A stretch of DNA of 24,000 nucleotides, taken from NCBI GenBank assembly GCA_046349435.1, contig JAXMCI010000027.1, positions 21,972 through 45,971 of the forward strand, read 5' to 3'. This DNA is from Dongiaceae bacterium (lineage in GTDB: Bacteria > Pseudomonadota > Alphaproteobacteria > Dongiales > Dongiaceae). The notes below the pieces were generated by a model that had not been told where the DNA came from, searched no databases, and saw nothing but the letters and a program-made list of their open reading frames with translations. Below, in pieces: positions 15,133 through 23,159 of the stretch. Every line of letters starts with the position of its first letter. Position 1 is the stretch's first letter. A program made the position numbers and the translations under genes.

Positions 15133-16430
15133 GCCTGCGCATCGCCTGGCTGGGCCCCTGGAACAGCCGCTCCACCATCGCCCATTTCGGCGCCCTGGTG
15201 GGCGGCGAGCTGCAGGCCCGCGGGCACACCGTGAGCGTCTTCCGCACCGAAACCGGCGCGGCCCGCGCCCTGCCGGCGCTGCCGGCCGCGGGCGAGCCCG
15301 GCTGGCTGGCGGAGACGAGCGCCGGCGCGCTGCAGCGGCGGCACGATGTCGTGCTCGCCAACGTCGGCAACAACTTCGCCTATCACGGCGCGCTGCTGCC
15401 CGAGCTTCCGCGGCTCGGCGCCGTGCTCATCCTGCACGACTTCTTCCTCGGCCATCTCGCCCACGAATGGGCAGAGGCGGAGCCCGAGGCGGTGCCGGTG
15501 CTGCGGCGCATGCTCGAGGCCGCCTACGGCCCGGCCGGCTGGCCCGACGGCGAGCCCTTCTGGATCGGCGAGACCGAGATGGCCCGCCGCCGGCCGATGC
15601 TCGAATGCTTCGCCGCTGCGGGCATCGGCGCGGTCGTCCATGCCGGCCACTACGCGCCGCGTACCCTTGCGGCCTGCGGTGGTCCGGTGGCCTGCCTGCC
15701 GCTCGCCTATGACTGCCCGGCGGCGCCGCCGCCGCGCCTGTCCGGGCCGGCGCTGACGCTGGTCACCATCGGCCATCTCAACCCCAACCGGCAGGTCGAC
15801 CAGATCCTCCGGGCGCTGGCGCAGTCCTCGCGGCTGCGGGACTGCCGGCTGCGGGTCGTCGGTCCGTGCCGGCCCGAGGATCGCGGCGACCTGCTGGCGC
15901 TCGCCAAGACGCTCGGCGTGGTCCCGCCGCGCTTCACCGGCTGGATCGCCGAGTCGGAGCTGCTGCGCCACCGCAACGAGGCGGACATCCTGTTCTGCCT
16001 GCGCTCGCCGGTGCTCGAAGGGGCCTCCGGGTCGGTGATCATGGCGATGCTCTCGGCGCGGCCGACCCTGGTCTCCGACCATGGCTGCTACGCGGAGATT
16101 CCCGACGACTGCGTCTACAAGTGCCGCCCCGGGGCCGAGGCCGCCGACATCGCGCGCCATCTCGAGGGCATTCTCGCCGCGCCCGCGGCGGCGCGGCCGG
16201 CCGGCCTCCGCGCCGCCGCCCATGCCCGGCGGCGGCACGCGGTCGGCGGCTATGTCGACGGGCTGCTGCCGCTGATCGAGGCCGCGGTCGCCGGCGGGCC
16301 GATCCTGCGCGCCGGGCTCGGCCTCGGCGGCATCCTGGCCGCGCTCGGCGCCGGCCCCGACGATCCGGCGGCAGAGCGGATCGGCGGGGCGCTGACCGAG
16401 CTGCTCGGCGACGGCGCGGCCCGCGGCTGA
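15129..16430 (+). CDS. GT4-like glycosyltransferase with a C-terminal extension
   Basis: ATG at 15129 overlaps the upstream stop (ATGA). The sequence reads MSLRIAWLGPWNSRSTIAHFG...LTLVTIGHLNPNRQVDQILRAL...EADILFCLRSPVLEGASGSVIMAMLSARPTLVSDHGCYAEIPDD. An Ala/Gly-rich tail of about 60 aa follows. Confidence 0.75.
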   Translation: MSLRIAWLGPWNSRSTIAHFGALVGGELQARGHTVSVFRTETGAARALPALPAAGEPGWLAETSAGALQRRHDVVLANVGNNFAYHGALLPELPRLGAVLILHDFFLGHLAHEWAEAEPEAVPVLRRMLEAAYGPAGWPDGEPFWIGETEMARRRPMLECFAAAGIGAVVHAGHYAPRTLAACGGPVACLPLAYDCPAAPPPRLSGPALTLVTIGHLNPNRQVDQILRALAQSSRLRDCRLRVVGPCRPEDRGDLLALAKTLGVVPPRFTGWIAESELLRHRNEADILFCLRSPVLEGASGSVIMAMLSARPTLVSDHGCYAEIPDDCVYKCRPGAEAADIARHLEGILAAPAAARPAGLRAAAHARRRHAVGGYVDGLLPLIEAAVAGGPILRAGLGLGGILAALGAGPDDPAAERIGGALTELLGDGAARG

Positions 16431-16455
16431 GCGCAGGCGCGCTGCGGTCCGTCCG

Positions 16456-17415
16456 TCAGAACGACACCCTCGCCATCGCTGCGCGATGATCGGACGGCCA
16501 GGGGGTCACCACCAGGTCGGCCTCCGGCGCCTTCTCGCCGACGATCCCCGCCGCCTCGACCCGCAGCCCGGCGCCGCGGGCCAGGATGAAGTCGATGCGG
16601 TCGTGGTGATCCTCCGGATCGCTCGGCGCGCTCGTCGGCGTCCAGGTGAAGCCGGGCCTCGCGACCTCGTCGGGAAAGGCCGTACGGAATGTGTCGACGA
16701 AGCCGGCCTCCTCGATCGCCTTGGCGGTCGGCCATTCGACGACCATGGGCTGGTGCCCGGCCTTGACCGCGCCGCTGGTCCAGTCGCGGTGGCTGGGCTC
16801 GTTGAAATCGCCCATGACGAACTGGGCCGCGGCGTCGCCCTCGGCGGCGATGTCGGCCAGCAGCAGGGCCAGCGCCTTGCCGCGCGTCGCCTTGGCGCTG
16901 TCGACCGCCTCGGCCGCCGTCTTCAGGAACGGGAAGCTGCCGTACTCGATCTTCAGCAGCTGGTAGGGCTGGTAGGGCGCATCGTCGAGATTCATCGAGT
17001 AGGCGACGACCTTGCGCCCGTCGACGTCGATCTCGACGCCGACGCCGTTCGGCGTCTCCTTGCCGAGCGGGTATCGGCTGAGGACCGCGTCGGCCCAGTG
17101 GTTCTCGGTGTTGTGCCTGAACTCGTGATAGTGGTAGCCGAGCGCCGCGGCGATCGCGGCCGCGCGGCTGTCGTCGCCGGCCGGGCAGACGTCGGCGGTG
17201 CAGGGGTCGGGCTCGGGCACCGTCTCCTGCACCGCGACGATGTCGGCGCCGGTCGCCCGGATCGCCGCGACCGTCTCGTCGATCGGCTTCTGCGCGTTTG
17301 CCCCGGCGCCCCACATGTTGAAGCTCATCAGCGTGAGCTCCGCGGCCGCCGCCGGCCCGCTGCCCGCCAGCAGCGGCAGCACGGCCAGCGCCGGCAGAAG
17401 GCTGCGTCGTGTCAT
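16456..17415 (-). CDS. secreted endonuclease/exonuclease/phosphatase (EEP) family protein
   Basis: Internal ATG at 17415 of track ORF 16456..17811, preceded by AGGGGGA. It has a signal peptide with an RR pair (MTRRSLLPALAVLPLLAGSGPAAAA). EEP motifs are present: LTLMSFNMWG, DIVAVQE, MGDFNE, DRIDFIL and PSDHRA. Confidence 0.85.
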   Translation of the reverse strand: MTRRSLLPALAVLPLLAGSGPAAAAELTLMSFNMWGAGANAQKPIDETVAAIRATGADIVAVQETVPEPDPCTADVCPAGDDSRAAAIAAALGYHYHEFRHNTENHWADAVLSRYPLGKETPNGVGVEIDVDGRKVVAYSMNLDDAPYQPYQLLKIEYGSFPFLKTAAEAVDSAKATRGKALALLLADIAAEGDAAAQFVMGDFNEPSHRDWTSGAVKAGHQPMVVEWPTAKAIEEAGFVDTFRTAFPDEVARPGFTWTPTSAPSDPEDHHDRIDFILARGAGLRVEAAGIVGEKAPEADLVVTPWPSDHRAAMARVSF

Positions 17416-17439
17416 GGCTGTCCCCCTGATTGCCCCGGA

Positions 17440-17549
17440 CGATCCTAGGTGCCACAGGTGACAGCAGCATGGCAGCGGAAATCGCCGCCGGCCGCGGCGC
17501 CGGACGTCCTCGATCCCGGCGACTCCGCGGCGGGCTTGGACTAGGATCG
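17440..17549. promoter_or_regulatory. 9-bp inverted repeat pair CGATCCTAG ... CTAGGATCG in a divergent intergenic region
   Basis: The arms are at 17440-17448 and 17541-17549, 92 nt apart, inside the 158-bp spacer between the EEP and histidine-phosphatase genes. The arm composition is atypically AT-rich for this DNA. Confidence 0.2.
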
Positions 17550-17573
17550 GGCGGCAGCCACGGGAGATTGCGG

Positions 17574-18164
17574 ATGACCGGGCCGTTGCCCAGCCTGTTC
17601 CTCGCCCGCCACGGCGAGACCACCTGGAGCCTGTCCGGCCAGCATACCGGGCTGACCGACCTGCCGCTGACCGAGCGCGGCGAGAGCAATGCGCGGCGGC
17701 TCGGCGAGCGGCTGGCCGGCCGGACCTTCGCCCGGGTGCTGGCCAGCCCGCTGCAGCGGGCCTGGCGCACCGCCGAGCTCGCCGGCTTCGACGCCGAGCC
17801 CGAGCCGGCACTGGTCGAATGGAACTACGGCGACTACGAGGGTCGCCGCAGCGCCGAGATCCATCGCGAGCGGCCGGACTGGGACCTCTTCCGCGACGGC
17901 TGCCCGGGCGGCGAGTCGCCGGCCGAGGTGGCGGCGCGGGCCGACCGGGTGATCGCCCGGGTGCGGGCGGCGGGCGGCGACGTGCTGCTGTTCTCCAGCG
18001 GGCACATCCTGCGGGTGCTGGCGGCGCGCTGGCTCGGGCTCGGTCCCGACGGCGGCCGGCTCCTCATGCTCGGCACGGCGAGCCTGAGCACGCTCGGCTA
18101 CGAGCACAATCTGGAGCAGCCGGCGGTCCGGCTGTGGAACGACACCACCCACGTCGCGGGCTGA
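17574..18164 (+). CDS. histidine phosphatase (phosphoglycerate mutase) family protein
   Basis: Internal ATG at 17574 of track ORF 17430..18164, preceded by GGGAGA. The catalytic motif is LARHGETTWS. Further matches are LTERGESNARRLG, ASPLQRAWRTAEL and SSGHILRVLAARW. Confidence 0.85.
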   Translation: MTGPLPSLFLARHGETTWSLSGQHTGLTDLPLTERGESNARRLGERLAGRTFARVLASPLQRAWRTAELAGFDAEPEPALVEWNYGDYEGRRSAEIHRERPDWDLFRDGCPGGESPAEVAARADRVIARVRAAGGDVLLFSSGHILRVLAARWLGLGPDGGRLLMLGTASLSTLGYEHNLEQPAVRLWNDTTHVAG

Positions 18165-18245
18165 CCCCGCGGGGGTGGCTGGCGTCGCGCGGCCGGCTCG
18201 GTCATTCTGGCCGGCGCCCCCGCCGGACGGCGGGGCAGGAGAGCG

Positions 18246-19277
18246 ATGGAGGAGCCGATGCAACTCGGGATGATCGGGCTGGGGCGCATGGGCGCCAACA
18301 TGGTGCGGCGCCTGCTCAAGGGCGGCCACCAGTGCGTCGTGTTCGACCGCTCGCAGGCGGCGGTCGCGGCGCTCGGAACGGAGGGCGCGACGGGGACCGG
18401 CGCGCTCGCCGACTTCGTCGCCAAGCTGGCCCAGCCGCGGGCGGTCTGGCTGATGGTCCCGGCGGCGGCGGTCGACGGCACCATCGCCGACCTGCTGCCG
18501 CTGCTCGCCCCCGGCGACATCCTGATCGACGGCGGCAATTCCTACTACATCGACGACATCAGGCGGGCCAAGGAGCTGGCGCCGCGCGGCATCCACTATG
18601 TCGACGTCGGCACCAGCGGCGGCGTCTGGGGGCTGGAGCGCGGCTACTGCATGATGATCGGCGGCGAGACCGAGGTGGTGCGGCGCCTCGACCCGATCTT
18701 CGCCACCCTGGCGCCCGGCATCGGCTCGATCCCGCGCACCCCCGGCCGGGACAAGTCCGGCGGCACCGCCGAGCAGGGCTATCTGCATTGCGGGCCGAAC
18801 GGCGCCGGCCATTTCGTCAAGATGGTCCATAACGGCATCGAGTACGGCATCATGGCCGCCTATGCCGAGGGCTTCGGCGTGCTGCGCTCGGCCAATGTCG
18901 GCAAGGCCGACCACGCGGTCGACGCCGAGACGACGCCGCTGCGCGATCCCGAGCACTACCAGTACGACCTCAACCTGCCCGACATCGCCGAGCTGTGGCG
19001 GCGCGGCAGCGTGATCGCCTCCTGGCTGCTCGACCTCAGCGCCTCGGCGCTGATCAAGGATCCGGCGCTCGCCGGCTTCGCCGGCCGGGTCTCGGACTCG
19101 GGCGAGGGGCGCTGGACGATCAAGGCGGCGATCGACGAGGCGGTGCCGGCGCACGTGCTGACGGCGGCGCTCTACGAGCGCTTCAGCTCGCGCGGCGAGG
19201 CCGAGTTCGCCGACAAGCTGCTCTCGGCCATGCGCTTCGAGTTCGGCGGCCACGTCGAGAAGCCGTCCGGGTCCTAG
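18246..19277 (+). CDS. gnd: 6-phosphogluconate dehydrogenase, decarboxylating (short-form Gnd)
   Basis: It has the Rossmann motif [15 protein letters not shown]. Further matches are [35 protein letters not shown] and [24 protein letters not shown]. An AGGAG RBS precedes 18246. The start could also be the ATG at 18258. Confidence 0.9.
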   Translation: MEEPMQLGMIGLGRMGANMVRRLLKGGHQCVVFDRSQAAVAALGTEGATGTGALADFVAKLAQPRAVWLMVPAAAVDGTIADLLPLLAPGDILIDGGNSYYIDDIRRAKELAPRGIHYVDVGTSGGVWGLERGYCMMIGGETEVVRRLDPIFATLAPGIGSIPRTPGRDKSGGTAEQGYLHCGPNGAGHFVKMVHNGIEYGIMAAYAEGFGVLRSANVGKADHAVDAETTPLRDPEHYQYDLNLPDIAELWRRGSVIASWLLDLSASALIKDPALAGFAGRVSDSGEGRWTIKAAIDEAVPAHVLTAALYERFSSRGEAEFADKLLSAMRFEFGGHVEKPSGS

Positions 19278-19284
19278 CCGGCGC

Positions 19285-20199
19285 ATGGATCCGCTGCGGG
19301 ATCCGGATGCGGTGCGGCTGGCGGCGGGCCCGCTCGCCGCCACCTTCCTGCCGGGCTTCGGCATGCTCGGCGCCTCGCTGACCTGGCGCGGCGTCGAGCT
19401 GCTGCGGCGCGTCGACGACCTCGCCGCCGCCGCGGCATCCGGCAGCACCGCAGGCATCCCGCTGCTGCACCCCTGGGCCAACCGTCTGGCCGGCCTCGGC
19501 GATGCCGCGGCCGGCCACCGGGTCACGCGCGACCCGGCCTCGCCGCTGCTGCATCTCGACGGCAGCGGCCTGCCGATCCACGGCGTGCCGTGGTCGCGGC
19601 TTGCCTGGAGCATCGGGACGCAGTCCGCCGACGCCGTCACCGCCGCGTTGCGCTGGGGGTCGCCGGAGCAGCTCGCCGTCTTCCCCTATCCGCATCGGCT
19701 GGCGCTGACGGCGCAGCTGTCGCCGCGCGCACTGACCGTCGAGGTCTGCCTCACTGCCGACCGGACCGGGCCGGTGCCGGTCAGCTTCGGCTTCCACCCC
19801 TATCTCGGGCTGCCCGGCCTGCCGCGCGAGCAGTGGCGACTGGAGCTGCCCAGGATGCGCCGGCTGGTGGCGGACGGGCAGGGGATCCCGACCGGCGACG
19901 AGCAAGACTATCGGGGCTTTGCCGGGGCGTTGGACGACATCACGTTCGACGACGGCTTCGCGCTGCCCGGCGGCGCCCCGCAGCTCGCCATCGCCGGCGG
20001 CGGGCTGCGGATCGCCGTCGAGCCGCTCGCCGGCTACGGCTTCGCCCAGGTCTTCGCCCCGCCCGGCAAGGCGCTGATCGCGCTCGAGCCGATGACCGCG
20101 CCGACCAACGCGCTCGCGAGCGGCCGCGGGCTGCAGCTCGTGCCGCCCGGCGGCACCTACCGGGCCGCCTTCCGCATCGCCATCGCCGAGGCGCCATGA
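19285..20199 (+). CDS. aldose 1-epimerase family protein
   Basis: Matching segments are GIPLLHPWANRL, LPIHG, FPYPHRLALT, SFGFHPYLGLPG and IALEPMTAPTNAL. It starts 7 nt after gnd. Confidence 0.8.
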   Translation: MDPLRDPDAVRLAAGPLAATFLPGFGMLGASLTWRGVELLRRVDDLAAAAASGSTAGIPLLHPWANRLAGLGDAAAGHRVTRDPASPLLHLDGSGLPIHGVPWSRLAWSIGTQSADAVTAALRWGSPEQLAVFPYPHRLALTAQLSPRALTVEVCLTADRTGPVPVSFGFHPYLGLPGLPREQWRLELPRMRRLVADGQGIPTGDEQDYRGFAGALDDITFDDGFALPGGAPQLAIAGGGLRIAVEPLAGYGFAQVFAPPGKALIALEPMTAPTNALASGRGLQLVPPGGTYRAAFRIAIAEAP

Positions 20200-21008
20200 G
20201 CGATGCCGGCGAGCCCGGCTGGCTGCTGGCGCACGAGCCGGCGCTGCGGCTCGGTGGCTTCCTCGGCGTGCTGGCGTTGATGGCGGCCTGGGAGGCGCTG
20301 GCGCCGCGCCGGCCGCGCAGCCAGAGCCGGCTGAGGCGCTGGCCGGGCAATCTCGGCGTGGTGGCGATCGGCACCCTGCTGCTGCGGCTGGCCGTGCCGC
20401 TGGGCGCCGTCGGCATGGCGGCCGTCGCCGCGCGGCACGGCTGGGGGCTGCTCAGCGCGCTGGCGCTGCCGGGCTGGGCCGCGCTGCTGCTCACCGTCGT
20501 GCTGCTCGACCTCGCCATCTACCTGCAGCACCGCGTCTTCCATGCCGCGCCGCTGCTCTGGCGCCTGCACCGCATGCATCATGCCGACCTCGACCTCGAC
20601 GTCACCAGCGGGGTGCGGTTCCACCCGGTCGAGCTCCTGCTCTCGATGCTGATCAAGCTGGCCCTCGTCGCGGCGCTCGGCGCCCCGGCCGCCGGGGTGC
20701 TGCTGTTCGAGGTCATCCTCAACGCCAGCTCGATGTTCAACCACGCCAACCTCCGGCTGCCGGCGCCGCTCGACGCGGCCCTGCGCACGCTGCTGGTGAC
20801 CCCCGACATGCACCGGGTCCACCACTCCGTGCTGCGGGCCGAGACCGACAGCAATTTCGGCTTCTGCCTCAGCGGGTGGGACCGGCTGCTCGGCACCTAC
20901 CGGGCGGCGCCGGAGGCCGGCCAGCTCGGCATGACCATCGGCCTGCCGCAGTTCCGCGAGCCCGCCGAGCTCAGGCTCGACCGCATGCTGCTGCAGCCGC
21001 TCGCCTGA
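20196..21008 (+). CDS. fatty acid hydroxylase / sterol desaturase family membrane protein
   Basis: ATG at 20196 overlaps the upstream stop (ATGA). It has TM helices and the three histidine boxes of the family: YLQHRVFH, WRLHRMHHAD and HRVHHS. Confidence 0.85.
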   Translation: MSDAGEPGWLLAHEPALRLGGFLGVLALMAAWEALAPRRPRSQSRLRRWPGNLGVVAIGTLLLRLAVPLGAVGMAAVAARHGWGLLSALALPGWAALLLTVVLLDLAIYLQHRVFHAAPLLWRLHRMHHADLDLDVTSGVRFHPVELLLSMLIKLALVAALGAPAAGVLLFEVILNASSMFNHANLRLPAPLDAALRTLLVTPDMHRVHHSVLRAETDSNFGFCLSGWDRLLGTYRAAPEAGQLGMTIGLPQFREPAELRLDRMLLQPLA

Positions 21009-21123
21009 GCCCGGAGCGGGCGGGCAAGAGGGCCCTTGCGGCCGGCGGAGCGATCGACCCATCATGGCGCCCGCCGCGGCGGCCGAGGGCCCGCGGGGCA
21101 GGCGAGGGAGGACAGAGGCAGCG

Positions 21124-23148
21124 ATGCGGCACATGCTGGGGATCGACGTCGGGGGAACCTTCACCGACTTCGTCGCCTACGACCGCGAGACCAGCGCGAT
21201 CCGGGTCTGGAAGGAGCTCTCGGTGCCGGCCGATCCGGTGGCCGGGATCCTCGGCGGGCTGGAGCGCCATCGCGGCCGCGACGACATCGCCAACATCCGC
21301 CTCGGCACCACCATCGCCACCAACGCGGTGCTGGAGCGCAAGGGCGCGGTGGTCGCCTATGTCACGACGCGCGGCTTCCGCGACGTGCCGTTCATCCAGC
21401 GCGGCAACCGCAAGTACCACTACGACATGAGCTGGGTGAAGCCCAAGCCGCTGGTCGAGCGCTGGCACTGCTTCGAGGTCGGCGAGCGGATCGACGCCCA
21501 TGGCCGGGTGCTGCAGCCGCTCGACGAGGCGGAGGTGGCGGAAGTCGCCCGCCGCATCGCCGCGGCGCCCGAGATCGAGGCGGTCGCCGTCTGCCTGCTC
21601 TTCTCCTACCTCAACCCGGCGCACGAGCTGCGCGCCCGGGAGATCCTCGCCGCGGCGCTGCCCGACCGGCCGATCTCGATCTCCTACGAGGTGCTGCCGA
21701 AGTGGAAGGAGTACGAGCGCGCCTCGACCACCATCGCCGACGCCTACCTGAAGCCGGTCGTCATGCGGCGGCTCTCGGCGATGCGCCAGCGGCTCGACGA
21801 AGGCGGCATCGCGGCGCCGACCGTGATCATCAAGTCGAACGGCGGCGAGATGACGCTCGCCGCCGCCGCCGAGTCGCCGGTCAACATGATGGTCTCCGGC
21901 CCGACCGGCGGGGTGGTGGCGAGCCGCCATGTCGCGGCGCTGGCCGGCATCGACCACCTCGTGACGCTCGACATGGGCGGCACCTCGACCGACGTCTCGA
22001 CCGTGCTCGGCGGCAAGGAGAGCTTCACCACCGCCTTCGAGATCGAGTGGGGGGTGCCGATCCAGATTCCGATGATCGACATCCGCACCATCGGCGCCGG
22101 CGGCGGCTCGATCGCCTGGATCGACAAGGGCGGCATGCTGCGGGTCGGCCCGCACAGCGCCGGGGCGGCGCCGGGCCCGGCCTGCTACGGCCGCGGCGGC
22201 GAGAACGCCACCGTGACCGACGCCAACGTCGTGCTCGGCCGCATCGACCCGGAGAACTTCCTCGGCGGCCGCATGCGGCTCGACGGGGCGGCGGCGGAGC
22301 GGGCGATCGCCAGGGTCGCCGCGCAGCTCGGGCAGGGCGTCGAGGCCACCGCCATGGCGATCGTGCGGATCGCCAACAACAACATGATCGGCGCGCTGCG
22401 CTCGGTGCTGATCGAGCGCGGCCTCGACCCGCGCGACTTCACGCTCTGCGCCTTCGGCGGCGCCGGCCCGCCCCATGCCAGCGAGCTGATCGCCGAGATG
22501 GGCATCCCGCGCGCCATCATCCCCAACCATCCCGGCCAGTTCTCGGCCTATGGCTTCGTCATGACCGACGCCCGGGTCGACCGCCAGCGCACCACCCAGC
22601 TGACCAGCCGCAGCTTCGATCCGGAGAAGGGCGCCCGGGTGATGGAGACGCTGGTCGCCGAGGCGGTGGCCGAGCTCGGCGAGCAGGGTTATCGCGAGGG
22701 CATCGAGGTCTATCGCGCGCTGGAGATGCGCTATCTCGGGCAGAACTACGAGCTCGAGCTGCCGATCGGCGCGGATGCGCTCGGCGCCGACCGGGTGGCG
22801 CAGCTCTGGCGGGCCTTCCACGACGCGCACGAGGCCCGCTTCGGCTTCAAGACGCCCGGCGAGATCATCGAGATCGTCACCTATTCGGTGACCGCGATCT
22901 CGCGCACCGCCAAGCCCGACCTGCCGCGGCTGGCCGCCGCCGACGGTCCGGCGGTGCCGACCGGCCGCCGTCGGGTGGGCTATCCCGCCGGCAGCTTCGA
23001 GGTGCCGGTCTACGACCGCGCCGCGCTGCGCGACGGCCACGTGATCGACGGGCCGGCGGTGGTCGAGGAGGCGGCCTCGGTCACCATCGTCAACCCCGGC
23101 CAGCGCCTCGCCGTCGACGCCTACGGCCACCTCTTCATCCAGGCCTGA
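21124..23148 (+). CDS. hydantoinase/oxoprolinase family protein, A-type subunit
   Basis: Internal ATG at 21124 of track ORF 21064..23148, preceded by GGGAGGA. The N-terminus is MLGIDVGGTFTDFV. Further matches are LGTTIATNAVLERKG, GFRDV, SGPTGGVV, LDMGGTSTDVS, IGAGGGSIAW, VGPHSAGAAPGPACYGRGG, TVTDANVVLGR and AFGGAGP. Confidence 0.9.
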   Translation: MRHMLGIDVGGTFTDFVAYDRETSAIRVWKELSVPADPVAGILGGLERHRGRDDIANIRLGTTIATNAVLERKGAVVAYVTTRGFRDVPFIQRGNRKYHYDMSWVKPKPLVERWHCFEVGERIDAHGRVLQPLDEAEVAEVARRIAAAPEIEAVAVCLLFSYLNPAHELRAREILAAALPDRPISISYEVLPKWKEYERASTTIADAYLKPVVMRRLSAMRQRLDEGGIAAPTVIIKSNGGEMTLAAAAESPVNMMVSGPTGGVVASRHVAALAGIDHLVTLDMGGTSTDVSTVLGGKESFTTAFEIEWGVPIQIPMIDIRTIGAGGGSIAWIDKGGMLRVGPHSAGAAPGPACYGRGGENATVTDANVVLGRIDPENFLGGRMRLDGAAAERAIARVAAQLGQGVEATAMAIVRIANNNMIGALRSVLIERGLDPRDFTLCAFGGAGPPHASELIAEMGIPRAIIPNHPGQFSAYGFVMTDARVDRQRTTQLTSRSFDPEKGARVMETLVAEAVAELGEQGYREGIEVYRALEMRYLGQNYELELPIGADALGADRVAQLWRAFHDAHEARFGFKTPGEIIEIVTYSVTAISRTAKPDLPRLAAADGPAVPTGRRRVGYPAGSFEVPVYDRAALRDGHVIDGPAVVEEAASVTIVNPGQRLAVDAYGHLFIQA

Positions 23149-23159
23149 GGACCGGACCC

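Noticed and set aside
21029-21092. Direct repeat GAGGGCCC (21029 and 21085) upstream of the hydantoinase A gene, considered as a possible regulatory site.
   Set aside because: An 8-bp GC-only match is expected by chance in DNA of this composition. It has no dyad symmetry and no supporting context.
312-21123. N-terminal extensions offered by the ORF track for several genes: 312..1232, 1344..2201, 1849..2751, 2778..3827, 4080..5759, 8407..9033, 16456..17811, 17430..18164 and 21064..23148.
   Set aside because: In each case an internal start codon has a Shine-Dalgarno-like sequence and yields a proper signal peptide, lipobox or conserved family N-terminus. The extension is low-complexity R/A/G/P sequence and often overlaps the neighbouring gene.
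213-23130. Many very long ORFs in the track lie antisense to, or out of frame with, the genes I called. Examples are 213..1238 +, 1347..2294 -, 3972..5789 +, 6040..7737 +, 8071..9549 +, 8993..11317 +, 9432..11096 -, 14610..16238 -, 16250..17770 -, 17541..19640 - and 20971..23130 -.
   Set aside because: Their translations are monotonous Arg/Gly/Ala/Pro-rich strings with no recognisable motifs, signal peptides or TM helices. Each overlaps a frame that does encode a recognisable protein family. In DNA this GC-rich, stop codons are rare in non-coding frames, so such shadow ORFs are expected.
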